This document shows positions 10,620 through 24,725 of a stretch of 64,000 nucleotides of DNA, piece by piece. Position 1 is the first letter of the stretch; each line of letters begins with the position of its first letter. The DNA comes from Lama guanicoe. Its lineage: Eukaryota. The position numbers and the translations under genes are program-made. Location: the NCBI GenBank assembly GCA_013239625.1, contig MU054187.1, positions 14,232,974 to 14,296,973 on the forward strand. The letters run 5' to 3'. The notes beneath the pieces are model-generated. The model saw only the letters and a list, made by a program, of their open reading frames with translations. It was not told the origin of the DNA and did not search any database.

Positions 10620-13600
10620 GTAAATATAAACATCCTTGTTTTTATTACTGGGCCCTCCTCAGCAAAAAGGCTGGGAAGGAGTGAGACTTCAGTACCAGCC
10701 TGAAAGCCACCTGCACTCTTTCACCACAAAGCTTCCTTCCAATTCCCTTCCCCCCCCATGAGTTGCAACATATGCCAGTTACTATTAAATTGTTGTTTTC
10801 TGCCACCAACCCCCCACCCCCGCCCCAGCCATTCAGTATTTCTGGAGAAGAAAGAGCACTGAACATTTTAAACTAGTTTGAAAGATTGCCATAAAAATAA
10901 CAAGAGGGAGCATAAAACCCCGGGTTTGTTTATTTTACTTTCTGTTGAGTTTGTAAAACATTGGTTGTTCTTATGAATTCCTATAGTCAGAGTTTAGGCT
11001 TCCAAATTACTGCTCAGCCACATTTCAGAAAGTGCCAAAGATTCTGAGATCAGCATTTGTGGTCCAGTGGGAGTGGTCAGGCCACCCTGGCAGTCACTTA
11101 ACATCCATTGATCATCCCTAGGGTCTGTGGCATTATCTTGTTGGAGTGAATCTCAGAACTTTCTCAGCTTAGAAGATGCCGTCTCTTCCGAGAACAGAAG
11201 TCACCCTGATAGGACCACAGAGTCCCTGTATAGGGAGCAGGGGGATTGTAAGACCTGGGGAACCAGGGACTTGCACCATATCAGCGTCTCACCATCAGAG
11301 TTATTACATCATTTAAGTAGATGAGAGGGGAGGGCCCTCTGCTCTGTGGGCAGAACTGACCCCCGTTTTCCAGCAGAACTGATCTTCAGGAATGGTAGGT
11401 GCAACTATTTTCCCCTATAACTGTACACTCTTGACCCACTTTATGCTTTTCTTCCCCCTGTAGTAGTTCCCCGTTACTTTTGTAGGCAGGTGGGATCCAG
11501 GAAAGAAAGGGTAAGGAGATAACTTTTCTGTTGTTGTTTCCCTATAGGCGGGTTAGCCTTCTAACAGAGCACAACAAAGAACTGTTTCTCCTAAATAGGT
11601 CACATTAAACCTCATTAATTTTTTAGCAATTGCTTAAAAACTTAATCTGGCTTTAGAAGTACTTATTCAAATGTTGCTCCTTGAACAGCAAACCATTTCT
11701 CTGATCCTGGAAGAAGCTTATTTTTAATGTTTTATTTTCAAACACGAGCTTTATTCATTTCCAAAGCTCTACAAATGAACGTATAAATGACATGAGCTAA
11801 ACTCATATCTATGCTTTAAATGAGGAAGGAGGTTACTCAATGCAGTTCGGAGGACTTTGAGTGTGCTTGTGTGTGCTTACGCTTGCGTAGGTGTGTGTAT
11901 GTGTTGTGTGCAGTGGGGGTGGGGAAGAATATAGTCCTTGCTGCTGTGGGGGCCACAGGAACCTGCAGCAAGTGGCAAGGGGGTGGATCGGGTGAGTAAA
12001 GGCCAGCACAACTGAATAAACTTGGCAGTACAGTTTATCAAGAATCTTGTGTTAATACTTCTGAGTAAAACAAGCAGCCGCTATTGGAAATAAAAGGCAT
12101 GTGTAAATTGCAGGTGGACTGTAGTTTTCATATTTAAAGACAAGTGAGGATGAGGCTGCCATAGAAACTCCAGCTAGGTATGAGCCGTAAACACCAGGGC
12201 TGGTTTTTTTCCCCCAATAATCTTTGAGATGGTGCACGGTGTCCAGACTATGAACTTTCACCTACGCAAAATACTCTGAAGTTTAACCATCCTGCCCACT
12301 TTCTCTGCGTGATTATTTCTCTGAGTTGCACAGTTTCAAAAGTAACCAGATTTTTAAAGAAACCTCATACATTTTGCAATTAAATACTAGTAAGAAGAAA
12401 ACAGCTTCTCTATGCTAGACATCCTATAAAAAGAGCTAGTTTAGAGTGTGTTAATGTTAAGTACACAAAATCCATCACCTCAGCTTGGAAAATGCACATT
12501 AGTTGATAGACAGGTGATACACTTTCTAACCTAAGGAGAAAATTGAATCAAACTTTCAATAGAAAAATTATTGTGGAACTGAATCTATATATAAAGGAGG
12601 AGCAGGCCACCTTCCCAGAGTCCTTACTTTGCTTTCAGATGTTGCTTAACTACACAATTTAGGGAGTTCTTGGAAGCCTTGACAGTAATGACGTCACTTC
12701 ATATTAAAATATGGGAGGCTCCTGAATTCTCCAGCTGTTTTTCCCCTAAGCATCTGAACTTAAGAATTACAAAATTGAGTCAGAAAATTCATTTTAGAGT
12801 TGGAATTTCTGACTTCCTGCCAAGACCTATAAACCTTTTAAGAAGAGATCTAGCAACCAAAATTTAAAAAAAGACTTACTATAATTTTTACAGTGATTTT
12901 GGGGGGGGGATTGGGGGGGTGGTTTAAGTATAAGAACCACTGAGTTCGGCTTCCCTTCCAGTAGTCCTTTTAGGTGAAAATGTTCAAGGTAACTGTCCAA
13001 AGATATATTGGCCTGTACTGTTTTCCTTCCAGAAAAAATAACCAGCGTGTCTTTTTACTGTATCTGGGAGGGGAAAAGAAGTTGCCCCATGCATTTTAAA
13101 GAGTGGATCAGCCGAGCAAAGACTTGTTCAGTCATTTGAACAGATCATCTCGAGCCAGACTTTCAAGGAGCAGTCGATGTCTGTTTTCATAACATAATAA
13201 ACCATATGTTGATCCTCACCCAGAGTTAAAGTCATAGGCAGGAAACTAGAAACCACATGGACTTCACTGAAGAGCTGTGGGCGCTCCTGCTTCAAACCAT
13301 TGGTCACACTCTCCCTGCCTGGAAGGCCCTCTTCTCCGGGCTGTAGACCTTGTGAGGCCTACCTCGAGTTGTTAATCCAAGCTTCCATCCCCACTCCAGC
13401 CCCTTTCTGGCATCTAGCCTGTCGCTGCAAGGGTCCTTAGAGGTCATCTCTTCTGACCCCTTGTTTGCTGGAGAAGATGCAGTTAGATGACTCGTCTCTT
13501 CTTCCTATTGATCTCTCACAGCGTTTCCTATCATCCCCATCTTTTGTGCACAGTGTGTGCTCTTTGGTGTGACTTCTGCCACATTGTGCCCTGAAACGCC

Positions 13601-16600
13601 CAAGTAGATGGCAAGCGGTCTGCAGGCAGTTTGTTATGGACATCTATTTGTTTTCCGCGGCCAGGACCAGAACTCACTCCTTGTCCCTCAAGAAATGTTT
13701 GATAATAGAGGCGAGGCTTCTGCTTAAATATTTAGAAGACAGCCTATTCAGAGACTGCGCACGTGGGTCTGGCTGCTGAAGTTTCAAGAGGTAAGCATTA
13801 TGTTGGACTAATTCAAGCTGCGTATGATTGACAGGATCTCAGTGAGACGGGCTCACACTCGTTATTGTGTACATGTCCTTTTGTTTTCCTTCACGGCTTG
13901 TCCGTCCTCCCTGCCCCACCTCTGTGCTCATCCTCAGTGTTTTAACCCCGCTCGTTGGTGTGAGGCTAGCGACTGTGCGAAGGCTGTTGACAGACCAGTT
14001 TGAATCAGCTCAGTGTGAATATGTGGTGACCACGTGTGTCTGCCAGTGGCTGAGCCTCTAGAAGAGGATTCCTGCTGCAGTTCCTTCCTTGCTGCTTCTT
14101 AACCTCGGACCTATTCCTAAACGCGTTAGAAGTCTTTGCCATCCTTGGTGTTATTCTGCACAGCCCTCCAGTCTGCTGTGATACGTCATCTGCCAGTGTT
14201 ATCACCAGCAGCTCTCCTGGGCACCTTCTCTTGGTCACCAGTCAAGAAGTGATAGATGTGGGGCAGGTTCTAATCAGCATAATCAAGAACATGAGAATGT
14301 ATGCAATACCGTCCGTGCACTTGAACTTTGGCCTAAATCAGGAAAAAAAAAAAAGAAAATCCATCCACTTAGGCTCTCTCAGTATCTGGGTGAGATGCAA
14401 AAGCTTGAAACTAGCCCTCTGATAGCCTTTGAAATATGGAAAGTTGGTCTTCATATAGGGACTGCCAACCCATGTTTCCCCCAAAACATTGCTGTTGCTT
14501 CACTTGTTATTTTTTTAGAGGAATCTTAAAAAATCTTAGCTTGCCATTCCTAAAAGACAAAGTTTATCTATAGATCCTTTTTGACCAAAGCTGCATTTGG
14601 CCTTTATGCGTGAGCCGCACATTGATCCCTGATTAGCCAAAAGGGGGAAGCAAAAGCATTTAACTCCAAGCCTTTTGTGTTCTGAAGAAATTTTGTGTGG
14701 TAAAGGACTAAATCTGTCAAATAGCTAGTCGGTAATTTACTACTATTGATATGATAGTCAGACAAGATAATTGGTAGTTAATTAATAGACCACTTAACTT
14801 AAAAGGTTTCACAGTTTTAAAATACTAATTACTGAATTAGGCATTTATCTATATCCAAATGTCTAAAGTCTATTTAGTTAAAATCCATCCAGGAAAAGTA
14901 AAAGCCCACCAGCTAGATCTGAGTAATGTGGCACTTAAAGACATTAGTGCTGCGGCTGTACCTAATAGCGCATGAATGGTCCCTAATCATTAATATTTTA
15001 AGTTCTTATGTGATTTACTTGTTTTTAATCTCAAATACTGTATTCCTCTGTTCTCTGGTTAGAGAAATCTACTTTTGTTCAAGGCTTCTTAGATTTAGAA
15101 TTAAAAAAAAATTTCTAACATATTCTTATAAAACTTTTTGGCTGATACTGCCTCTAAACTGTAGTATTAAGAATTCTTAGACTAAATATTTTATAGAGTA
15201 TTATTTTCCTGTCTTAGGATTAGCTACTAAAAACTTGGAATTCTTGGCATATTTTTAAGTCTGTACTAGAGCTGGCTTTTGTTATTAAATAAATTCATAG
15301 GCATACAAATCAAATGTTGAGCTTTAGAAACAAACTTTTTATGTCTTGAACTGACCTGTAAATTGACCTAAGATAAGCATACTTTATCTTATTAATTCTC
15401 ATGGTCACAGTTAAAAACTGAGTTAAAACATCTCTTGCATGGATACCTGGAACTCAGTACACACCTAACAGGGTCATTTCATAGCCTTTTGTTCCTAACG
15501 CAAAATAAGATCACATGCTCATTGAGCTTTGAGTTTGTATATTTGATACATTACATGCTGGACCCAAATCTAGTGCTATTAGAAGTCAGCATCTATGGCA
15601 TGATAAACTGTCACTTTACATAACTGGTGTGAGTGGGGAACCATTCTGTAAGTCTTCCCAACACCTTTGCTGTATGTTCTCATCTGGGTCTGGTTATCTC
15701 AATTGTTTAGAAAACATTGCCAAGTAACCAATGTCACATGAAAAAATAGCCGGGCTCCGCTAATGGCCAAATCCAACGTGCGGCTTGATGTTTTTGCAGA
15801 ACGTAAGCCTGTTGACCATCTTTCTGAAACGCTAGCGCTCCAGCTCCTGCTATAAGCCCACTTTCTGTTGCTTCTATTCGTGTCTTCCCATTCCTCTTAG
15901 CCTCCCTACCTCTGAAAGGTGATGGTTTCTTTAGTACAGCGTGCTCAAACCTCTTCTCACTGTGCTCTTCTAGCTGGGTAATATGTTTATTTCAGTGGCT
16001 TTAACTGTGATTTCTAAGACAGTTCCCAAATTCACACAGCTGTCTTGGCTATTCCAAGCAGTCCCTAAAGTCAGCAAGTCTCAAAACGGGACTAACTCTT
16101 CTTTGCCTCTTTTGAGTTTCCTGGTATGGCCAGTACCAGGCTTGGAAACCTCAGCAGTATCTTTAATTCTCCATCCTGCACATTCATGGGTCTTCAAATC
16201 CTGACTGTTGTGTTGGTGCCATGTGCTTTGACCCCTCCTTCCTGCTTCCTCCTGTGTGCTTCCATCACCTCTTGCCTGGACTCTGCAAAGGATCGCCCAA
16301 CTTCTTTCCCCATTTCCAGCCTTTGCTCTCCAACCTAGTGTTGTCTAAGCAAACTGGAGTTTGCGATATGCCTGTTTAAAGACTATGCTCGCCAGAACCT
16401 ACCCGCAGCCCTTGCATGACCGTACTGTTCACAGCACAAAGTCCAGGCTCACTGGCATGGCAGCTGAGGCCTTCCAAAGCTGATTGCCACCTGCCTTCTA
16501 AGCTAATCACCCATTATATCCCCGGTGAACCCTAAACTCCAGCCGGGCCGGGCACCTCACTGTCCCCTGAAGGGGCCCTGCACTCCCGGCTGTTCTGCCG

Positions 16601-17582
16601 TTTTGGTCCCGTCTTGCCAGGAGACAAAAGTTGAATAGTTCAGACGAAGTTATCGCTGCTCCCGAGGAAGAAAAATGAACACGTTCAAAATCTTTCCACA
16701 TTGACTAAATAGTATCTTTCTACATTAAGGGAACAGTCCTTGTAGAATAGTCTCGAATTCCTGCTTCAGGGAATGGCCTCTCTTGTTTGACTGAGAGTGT
16801 TTCTCTTGAGGCCTGGAGGCAAAGTTAGTATTTGTTCTTCTCTCCCTGGTTATTTCTACTTCTAGGGCTGTATCCGTTATCAGCCCTAGTAGAAATTAAT
16901 CTGTAGGGCCTGTCGGAGTGGAAGCATTTGTTAACCCGCGCTAATGCTAACACTGCTGGAAGAGGTTTTTCAGAATTAGCAAAGAGAGGGCGCGCAGGGG
17001 TGTCCTCGGCCGTTTGCTGCAGGCCTGGGTCCCTGCGGCCCCAAGGAGCCACGGACCCCACGGTTAAGTGCGTAACTGCTCACCATCTCCACTTGCTCTC
17101 TCCCTTGACATTTGTTTTTGCCCTAACCATTTTTCAGACTTTCAAGATCTTTGGCAAATTCTAGTAAATTGACTTTAGTGACTTGAACGTATCTAAGACG
17201 TGGCAATCGGAAAACTTTCAAGCAGTTTAATGACCTCACTTGGGAGGTAGAATAACTTTCTTTAAGTAGGAACCACCCCCCCCTTTTTTTAAACTGAAGG
17301 AATATTAGTAGCAGATTTATCTCAAAGTTCTGTTCTCGTTCTTTCAGAAACTAAAAGCCTGTTCCAGTTGTTCTGAGTGGGCAGGTTGCCTCTGTCCGGT
17401 CCAGCTATGTGCCTGTGTGGATAGGGCGACAGGTCTTGTTTGCTGGCCTGTTTTGGAGTGCTCAGCGAATAAGAAGGTTTCTGGCTGTGGTGTAGTTACA
17501 GCTACTGGACTTGGGAAAGTCCATTCCAGCCTTGGTTAGGTCCTAAATACCTGGGATGTTTTTGGCCCCCCAGATTGTACTA

Positions 17583-17610
17583 TGCTGAAATTCCACTAGG
17601 GGGTGTGCTA
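17583..17610 (+). promoter_or_regulatory. Candidate CTCF site in RDH10 intron 2
   Basis: TGCTGaaattCCACTAGGGGGTG: core match plus an upstream TGCWG module. Confidence 0.6.
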
Positions 17611-19100
17611 GCAGGGTAGATTTGTATCTTACTTCCCTCTACACATACAATCGGTAATTTACCCAAGATAAAGGGCCTTTTGTAGCTAATCTTTGGAGTA
17701 TGGCAAACTCTGATAGTCCTTAAGAGATAGGAAACTGTTATTCCCTGCCTCGGTTGAATGGGTTAAATCCAATGTTTTGAGCCTGTAACTCCACGGATCC
17801 GATTAAAACGTGTTCATCTCTTTTGTTTTAAACAGAGATTTCTTATCTCAGAAGTTACTATGGTGGTTAGCTGTTTAAAGAACTAACCCCTTCTTATAGT
17901 TCTTTTAACAGACCTAAAAACCCCTTGTAGGCAGAGACCCCTTGTAAGCACAACCAGAAAATAACTTTGAGGAAGATGGAGTCGTCTTCTTTCTTTGAAA
18001 ATGAACGGTAGGCAGGTAAAGCACACATCTGGTCCCTGCAATAGGGCTGCCTTTGAGAAGCTCCCTGTGTTGTGACCTAACCCTCTTAAGACACCATTGT
18101 TCAGAAAAAGGTTGTCAGAGCGTGGCTTTAGGATCTAATCTCGTTTACCCTGACACACTTGGCCAGCCAGTTCCAGTCACCTGGGCCTCTGGGTTCACGC
18201 AGGCTTACGCCATCTCAGCACTGCTGGGGACGCCTTTCAGCAGAAGGAATACTTGAGCTTACCCAGCATGGCCCGTTCTTGAGTTTCTTCTTCTTTTTCA
18301 CTTTATTTGTCAATTCCCTCAAAACTCTAAGTTCACACCTGTCAGGGGCCATTTTCCTAAATGCTCTGAAACTAAAATTAAGTGAACCACAGGGGAAAAA
18401 ATTGAATATCCTCTCATAATGATCATAAAACTTTCAACACTGCAGCAAATGCTGCTAGAATATTTAACAAGGAAGGGCAATTACTGCCGCAACCTTGAGT
18501 GCTGTCAAGTGAACCCAACTGACAAGCCACTTACAATGAATCTACATTTGGAAACAAAACATGACTTGGTCTGTGAAACTTTCAGAGATCACACAAAGGC
18601 GTGTGGAAGGTGGCAACGGTGTTGACATTGTGAACATTGACGTTTTTTGGTTTGGGGAAACAACAGTGTTTCTCTGTCATTTGCTGCTTGCATAAAATGT
18701 GAATTTCTTGCCTTTCCTTCAAATGGCTTAGTACTGGATTTCTGAATATTAACACGGTTCAGCTTCTTAGTGTGATTCTAAACAATGGGGCTCAAAATAA
18801 CACTTCCCAAATCAGGGTAACTGGGGAAATATTTGTGGTGTAACTTACGTAAGCACATGGGTATTTTGAGGACAAGTGAAACTTAAAATTCAAAGCCTGA
18901 ATTTTCCCACCTGCAAACTGTAATTAACATACTGCCCCCTACTGATTTCTCAAGTATTTTTTAAAAAATGGGGCCAGTTCTACAATCTCTTGGGAAAGGA
19001 AAACATCGGGTATAATAAATGATTTTTAAGTAGTTCTCTGCTAACTTTTTGTATTTTTACATTTGCTGGACTCTTCTCTGACAAGCACTGTAATTTATAT

Positions 19101-19232
19101 ATTTTTAAAAATTATTTTTGGGGGGGAGTAGTTAGGTTTATTTATTTGTCTTTCAACGGAGGTACTGGGGATTGAACCCAGGACCTCATGCATGCTAAGC
19201 ACTCACTCTACCACTAAGCTATGCCCTCCCCC
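19101..19232 (-). mobile_element. tRNA-derived SINE (camelid Vic-1-like) with 13-bp TSD
   Basis: A/B boxes on the minus strand; TSD ctgtaatttatat at 19088-19100 and 19233-19245. Confidence 0.85.
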
Positions 19233-19584
19233 CTGTAATTTATATTTTTAAATGGTTTTCTGCTCCCAGTAGAACAGGACTAAAGACAAGGATTAGAGAA
19301 GAGGTGTTACTGGAAAGTGTCTGGTTTCCCAGCATCATCCAGGATTCTGGAGGTGGGGGCAGGCAGCTGAAGCAGAAGCTTAGCTCTGTGTTTGTAAGAC
19401 TGCTTTTGCCGTAAGTGTGGGCTGGGGCTGCGTGGAGGGCAGGGAGGCCTGGGAGCCGTACATAGTAAGAACAAGGAATTGCAGGAACTTGAAGAAACAC
19501 ACAACCAAAAATAGATAGCACTTATAACCAAAACAGCCTATAAATACATGCTTAATTAGCCTTGGTTGCATTTACTGTACTTTT

Positions 19585-19750
19585 ATATAGCACTTAAATT
19601 TTACAAAGTCCCTTCATATGCTCCTCATAGTGACTGTGGATTAAGTAGAGCCATTATGCCCATTTTTATGGATGAGGAAACAAACCCAGAGAGGTTGTGG
19701 GACTTGCCTAAGGTCACCACTGGGGAAGGAAGAAGCTAGGAGCTGACCCT
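19585..19750 (-). mobile_element. MIR SINE remnant
   Basis: cccatttttatggatgaggaaac..agagaggtt..gacttgcctaaggtcac core. Confidence 0.7.
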
Positions 19751-20685
19751 CCACCTAGGGCCTTAGTTTGGAAGCTCTGCAAACACTTACCTGGGCTCCT
19801 TGTCCAAAGCTCCTGGAAGGTTTTCCTGAGTCACATATGCTTTTGCCCTGCAGTATAATGTAAGAATCCACCTTCAAATGTTGATTTTTTTTTTTTATTA
19901 GCATGGTTAGTTTAGCAACGACTGACTAACCGTAGCTTAATATCCCCAGAAAATTTGCTCCATGAATTACACAAGCATGTGAAATTCTGAAGAACCAATA
20001 TCATGCTTGAGTTTTATTACCAAAACCGGATTCATATGTTTTTTTTCTGTGCCTTTTCTGTAAATTTCCATGGTGTGTAGCTGAGGTGGTTACTTCATTG
20101 AGAAGAATGTAGTATATCCTTGGTCACTGAGCTTCCTTCTCTTCCTGGTTTGCATGTCAACACTGACAGACTGGACATAAACAGCAGTGAATCACAGAGG
20201 CTCTTGCACAAGGACTGGCTGAACACAGTTCTACAAATACTTGATACCAAAATGTCAATAACAAGGTGGTCTTAGTTTAGGTTTTTGTTGTTTAAAGCTT
20301 ATCTCCTGGAAGATGTAAAACCTTTATTCTCTATTCTGTTACGTAATCATCTTATGGGATCAGGAGTCCGGATAGCTCCACGTTGAGCTTTGCTTTGGAA
20401 ATGCTAATCACGGATTCTTAAAAACTGCCTGTGTGGTTTTGGCCGAGCATCTGACTTTTAAAGGGCTCCTATTTTCCTATGTGGGGTTTCCTATGTGGCT
20501 TACCAAAGCATGAAAGCTTCAGAAAGGTAAATGTGGAAAATGAAAAAGGTGAATGCTTAGGCTGAAAGGGTCTGAATTCCTTGTCTTGAAAGCTGAGCCT
20601 TCAAAGCCTCTGTGGATAAGGGGAGAGGATTTTAAAGTCATCTGGGTCTCTTGTTTTTGAGAGCTTGTCCTAATGGGGATGGGGC

Positions 20686-21045
20686 TGTCTTAGTCCATCT
20701 GGGCGGCTGTCACAGAATACCAGGAACGGATGGGGTGAATTGTAAACAACAGGAATTTATTTCTCACAATTCGGAGGCTGGAAGTCCATGATCAAGTCTC
20801 CAGGAGACGCGGTATCTGGTGACAACCCGCTTCCTGGTTCATAGACAGCTGTCTTTGCTGTGACCTCACATGGTGGGAGGGGTGAGGGAGCTCTCTGGGG
20901 TCTCTTTTATGAGGGCACTAATCCCATTCATGAGGGCTCCACCCTCATGACCTAATCACCTCCCAAAGGCCTTCCTAGCAACATCATGTCGGGTGTTAGG
21001 TTTCAACAGGAAGTGTAGAGGAACGCAAAGCCCCAGACCACAGCA
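20686..21045 (-). mobile_element. MaLR solo LTR (MLT1A-like)
   Basis: tgtcttagtc...aatttatttctcaca..ggaggctggaagtcc...gagggctccaccctcatgacctaatcacctccc...ca. Confidence 0.85.
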
Positions 21046-21374
21046 GAGGAGCCTGCCAGTGCTAAAAATGGGTCCCAGGCAACTGTACATATGGCCGTAA
21101 ACTCCCATAGTTGTCCTTACTAAGCTCCCAGGGCTCCTGACATCAATTTGAACTGGCCTTTATCTGATGAACATTGTTGGGGGAAGGATGTGGGGGATGG
21201 AGAATGGGGCCTCTCGACCCCTGAAACTCTGGTTCAAAGCACACAGGTGGCACAGAAGGTCGAGAAATTCGCCTGCCTGTTTTGCTGAATTTCTAGAGAA
21301 ATTGATCTGAAGCCACTCAAGGTTTGGAGTAGGCAGTTCTGGCTCATGCTAGAACCTCAGCCTGCATTCAGTCC

Positions 21375-21530
21375 AGAGCAGCAGCACTAGCATCACCCAC
21401 CCCCACCCCCGCCCAAGGCTGCACATGAGAAAAACAAACTCTTAGGCCCCCCCCAACCTACTGGGTCAGAGTCTGCATTTGATTCAGATCCCAGGTGATC
21501 ATGCACATCGAAGTGAGGAGGAACTGCCCT
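21375..21530. mobile_element. hAT-Charlie MITE remnant (MER5-like)
   Basis: cagcagca..catcacc..cctactg..tcaga..ctgcattt..cccaggtgat signature. Confidence 0.6.
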
Positions 21531-22164
21531 TGAGTATTTAACTTTCCTTCCCACTTTCTCAATATTCTCTCTCTGTCTTTCTTTTTTTCCTTGAACTAAT
21601 CAGCCCTTTAGGAAGTTGTTGGCTAGCAATGCCAGACCATGCCCTCTGGGGTCCACCTTTGTCTAGGTTTATTTTTTTGACTTGGGTTCCAGGCCATTAT
21701 TTACAAAGAAGAGTCCAGGTGCCCCCCCGCCCCCTGTTCCCCTTGGATGCTGTGCCCAGGATGGCGTTTCCAAAGCTATGAGTATCATGGCTCAAAGTCC
21801 AGGCCACGCATTGGAGAGCTTTGTTCTTTCTGGCCAGGACCAAACTGGCTGTCTGGAAATGAGTTGCAGGAGAGCAGAGACCTTGCCTGTGTGCAGCCCC
21901 TCCTCTGCTCCTGGCCCCCACCGTTACTGGCATTATTTCCTTTCAATGATGTTAATGTTAACTTAGTAGCAGAGTGGTGGTGTGTAGGTATTAACATGTA
22001 AACTAAAAGTGATGGACTGCTGAGCCCATATTTGTGATTTTTTTTTTAAGCCTAGAATGTCTTCCAAAGCTAGAAAATGTCATTATAATATGAGAATTAA
22101 AGCTTGGAGAAGTCATCACTGGACTATATGGAACTTGATTTGCAATGTGCATGTTCCTTCTAAA

Positions 22165-22548
22165 GAGTGGTTCTCTTAGGGGCTGTTTCCTGCTCAGGGA
22201 CATTTGGCCACATCCGAAGACATTTTTCCCTTGTCAAAACCAGTGGGGCTGTTCCTGGCATCCAGTGCATCAAAGCCGTGGTATTGCTAAACGTCCTGCA
22301 ATGCCCAGCACAGCCCTCCCGCAGCATAAAGTGACCCAGCACAAAATGGCAGTGGCGCTGGGGGCAGACACTCTGTTCTAGAACACCAGCTCTCATACGT
22401 GGCTGCACATTGGAGTCACCTGGGGAGTGTTGTCCCCCAGTGCTCGATCCCCTCCCAAATATGAGTGGCCTGGGTTGTGCCTGGGCATTAAAACTAGAAC
22501 CTCCCCCGATGAGTCCAGTGTGTAGCACAGTTTGAGAACTCATTGCTA
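22165..22548. mobile_element. Adjacent hAT MITE remnants: MER20-like (22165-22376) and MER5-like (22385-22548)
   Basis: gggacatttgg..tggcatccagtg..tgctaaacgtcctgcaatgc (MER20-like); ggctgcacattggagtcacctgggga..tttgagaac (MER5-like). Confidence 0.65.
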
Positions 22549-24708
22549 GATAAGGCGGCTTTTACAGTCCTTAAAATTTCTTGAAGAGGTTCGCAAAGAT
22601 TTTTTTTTTCTTTTACTACTGCCTAACAATACAGATACCTCGAAGACCCTCACAAACAGTGCATCAGTTCTGAGTTGTTACAGCACACGCCTAAGAATAA
22701 AATACGTTTTCAGGAGTAACCTCTTGATTGCATTTATCTTTCATTTAGGTAAAGATTTCGTTTTCTATAAAGACTCCGCAGTGAGCAAACTAGAAAGCAG
22801 AGAAGAATTTGAACTCTTTGCATGTATGAAGTACAGGAGATGACGGGAGGTGATCGTGGTGACATTGCTGGGCTGCGGTGTTGGAGTTGGGGGCAGGGGG
22901 GTGGTCCTGCCACTTCAGATGCCCTCAGCCGTGGCTGAGCCCCCGTGCACGTGGTCATGCCTTGTGGAAGTGGTTACCAGTCACTGGAGCAGAACCGAAG
23001 CCTCTGCCCTTCGTAAGATCTGTCTTTATCACAGTTTCGGGGATGTGACTTGAGTTTGGGGCAACGCAAAGGGATGAATGACAACCTGTTGCTTAACAGA
23101 CTATTTGGCTGCAATTTTGTGGGTTATTTCAATATTCTGTGAAGAGTTATTAGATAGGAGAAGGGGCCCAAGCTAGAGAGCTCTCAGGGAATGCTCCTTT
23201 GATCACTGAGGACTCAGCCAGGGGGAGGGGCAAGGAAACCAGCATTTGAGAACCAGTGTTCAGCAACTCATTGTTTCTCTGAACACACAGATCTCCTGTG
23301 GACTCAAGTAAAACACAGAAAAGCGATGATTGCTTCGCAGATAATTTGTAATTTTTTTGATGTGTAGGAGGCATGGCTTCAAGTTACATTATTTTAAAAG
23401 GCACAGCCATGACAACATATAAATGTTTAATGAATGGATATTTTTGCTGCTCACCAGATGCCGGCAGCCGCGCTAATGGAGTTGATACCTCACTGAGTCA
23501 TTTATGAGAGTCTTAGGCAAGTAATACCTCAGTGTTACGGCTTGTATATTGAATGCGTGGTAGGAATCAAAGAAAGAATAATTGGATGTGAGTCGTCATA
23601 ACATTTTTGAGCTAAGAAACCTTGGAGACCTCCTTTCTGTCCCACAAATGAGTTACGTCAAGAGAAGTCAAGTAACAAGGAAGGTTAGGTGATTGACAGT
23701 CAGTACCAGGTGGGTTCCTGGACTCTAAAGGCTAGTGTACTTTCCAGACAGATGGAGTTTTAAGTCTCCTCCTTTCTGGTATTTCTGCACAGCAAACTCT
23801 AAAGTGTAAGGAAGTGTTGATATCTGAGTCACTGCCTCGGGGTAGATTCATCCCATGTTTTAACAGTGGGAAGGCAAGTTAATGAAGCATTTATTTTTGC
23901 TGAATAACTAATGGTGTCATCATCTAGGTGTTCATTTGAAAAGCCTAGCTCTTTTATTAGCTTCTTGGTTGCAGGGCAACTGTAGGAGTGTTCTTGTGCA
24001 TGTGTATTAAGTATTAACTGCTGATGCCTCTAAATGTTGAACTAAAGCCTGTGGCCTCAAAATAACAGAAAGGACAGGAAATGGAACATTGGTATGAATT
24101 GGGTGATTATGACATATTCTTTAGTCTTTCTGCTATAGCTAAAGAGGACATTTTGTGTCAAGCTGATGGAGATTTCGATGAACACTTTAAGTCTGAGAGT
24201 CATTCCAGGCATCAGTATCTTGGGGCTCTGTTGCACAATTCGTCAAGAGACCTTTCTGTCTCTACAAACACACTCAAATAGGAAAAAAAAAAAAGGTGCA
24301 TTGAATTGCACGAATCTCAGAATTTGTGCTGTCAACTAAAACTAAAGTATTGAAAGTCGGTCTATTGCTAGCAAATACAGATTTTGGTTTTACTTCCTAA
24401 CTGAAGATAATTTTGTAATGAAAAATTTCAAGTTACACCCTCTACGGTCAAAGTGAATTATCTAAAGTTTCGTGGTCAGTACGTGGCTTAAGCAGATACC
24501 TGTAAATCTGCTGGATCAAGAATATTGATTTAGCCATGTGTCCCTTTCCCAGTTTAGTTTGGGGGTAGGTCACCACTTTTTAATCTTTGAACACACCAGT
24601 GATTTATCCTATTAAATAGCCTTTTAAACCCAGTTTACCATACCTTCAATAGTTTGTACCATTGAATCTTAGTTTTCCAGGCACAGTGACTGAATCTTCA
24701 GAGAAGAG

Positions 24709-24725
24709 TGCCACCAGATGTCATT
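24709..24725 (+). promoter_or_regulatory. Second candidate CTCF site in RDH10 intron 2
   Basis: TGCCACCAGATGTCA resembles CCACCAGATGGCA. Confidence 0.45.
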
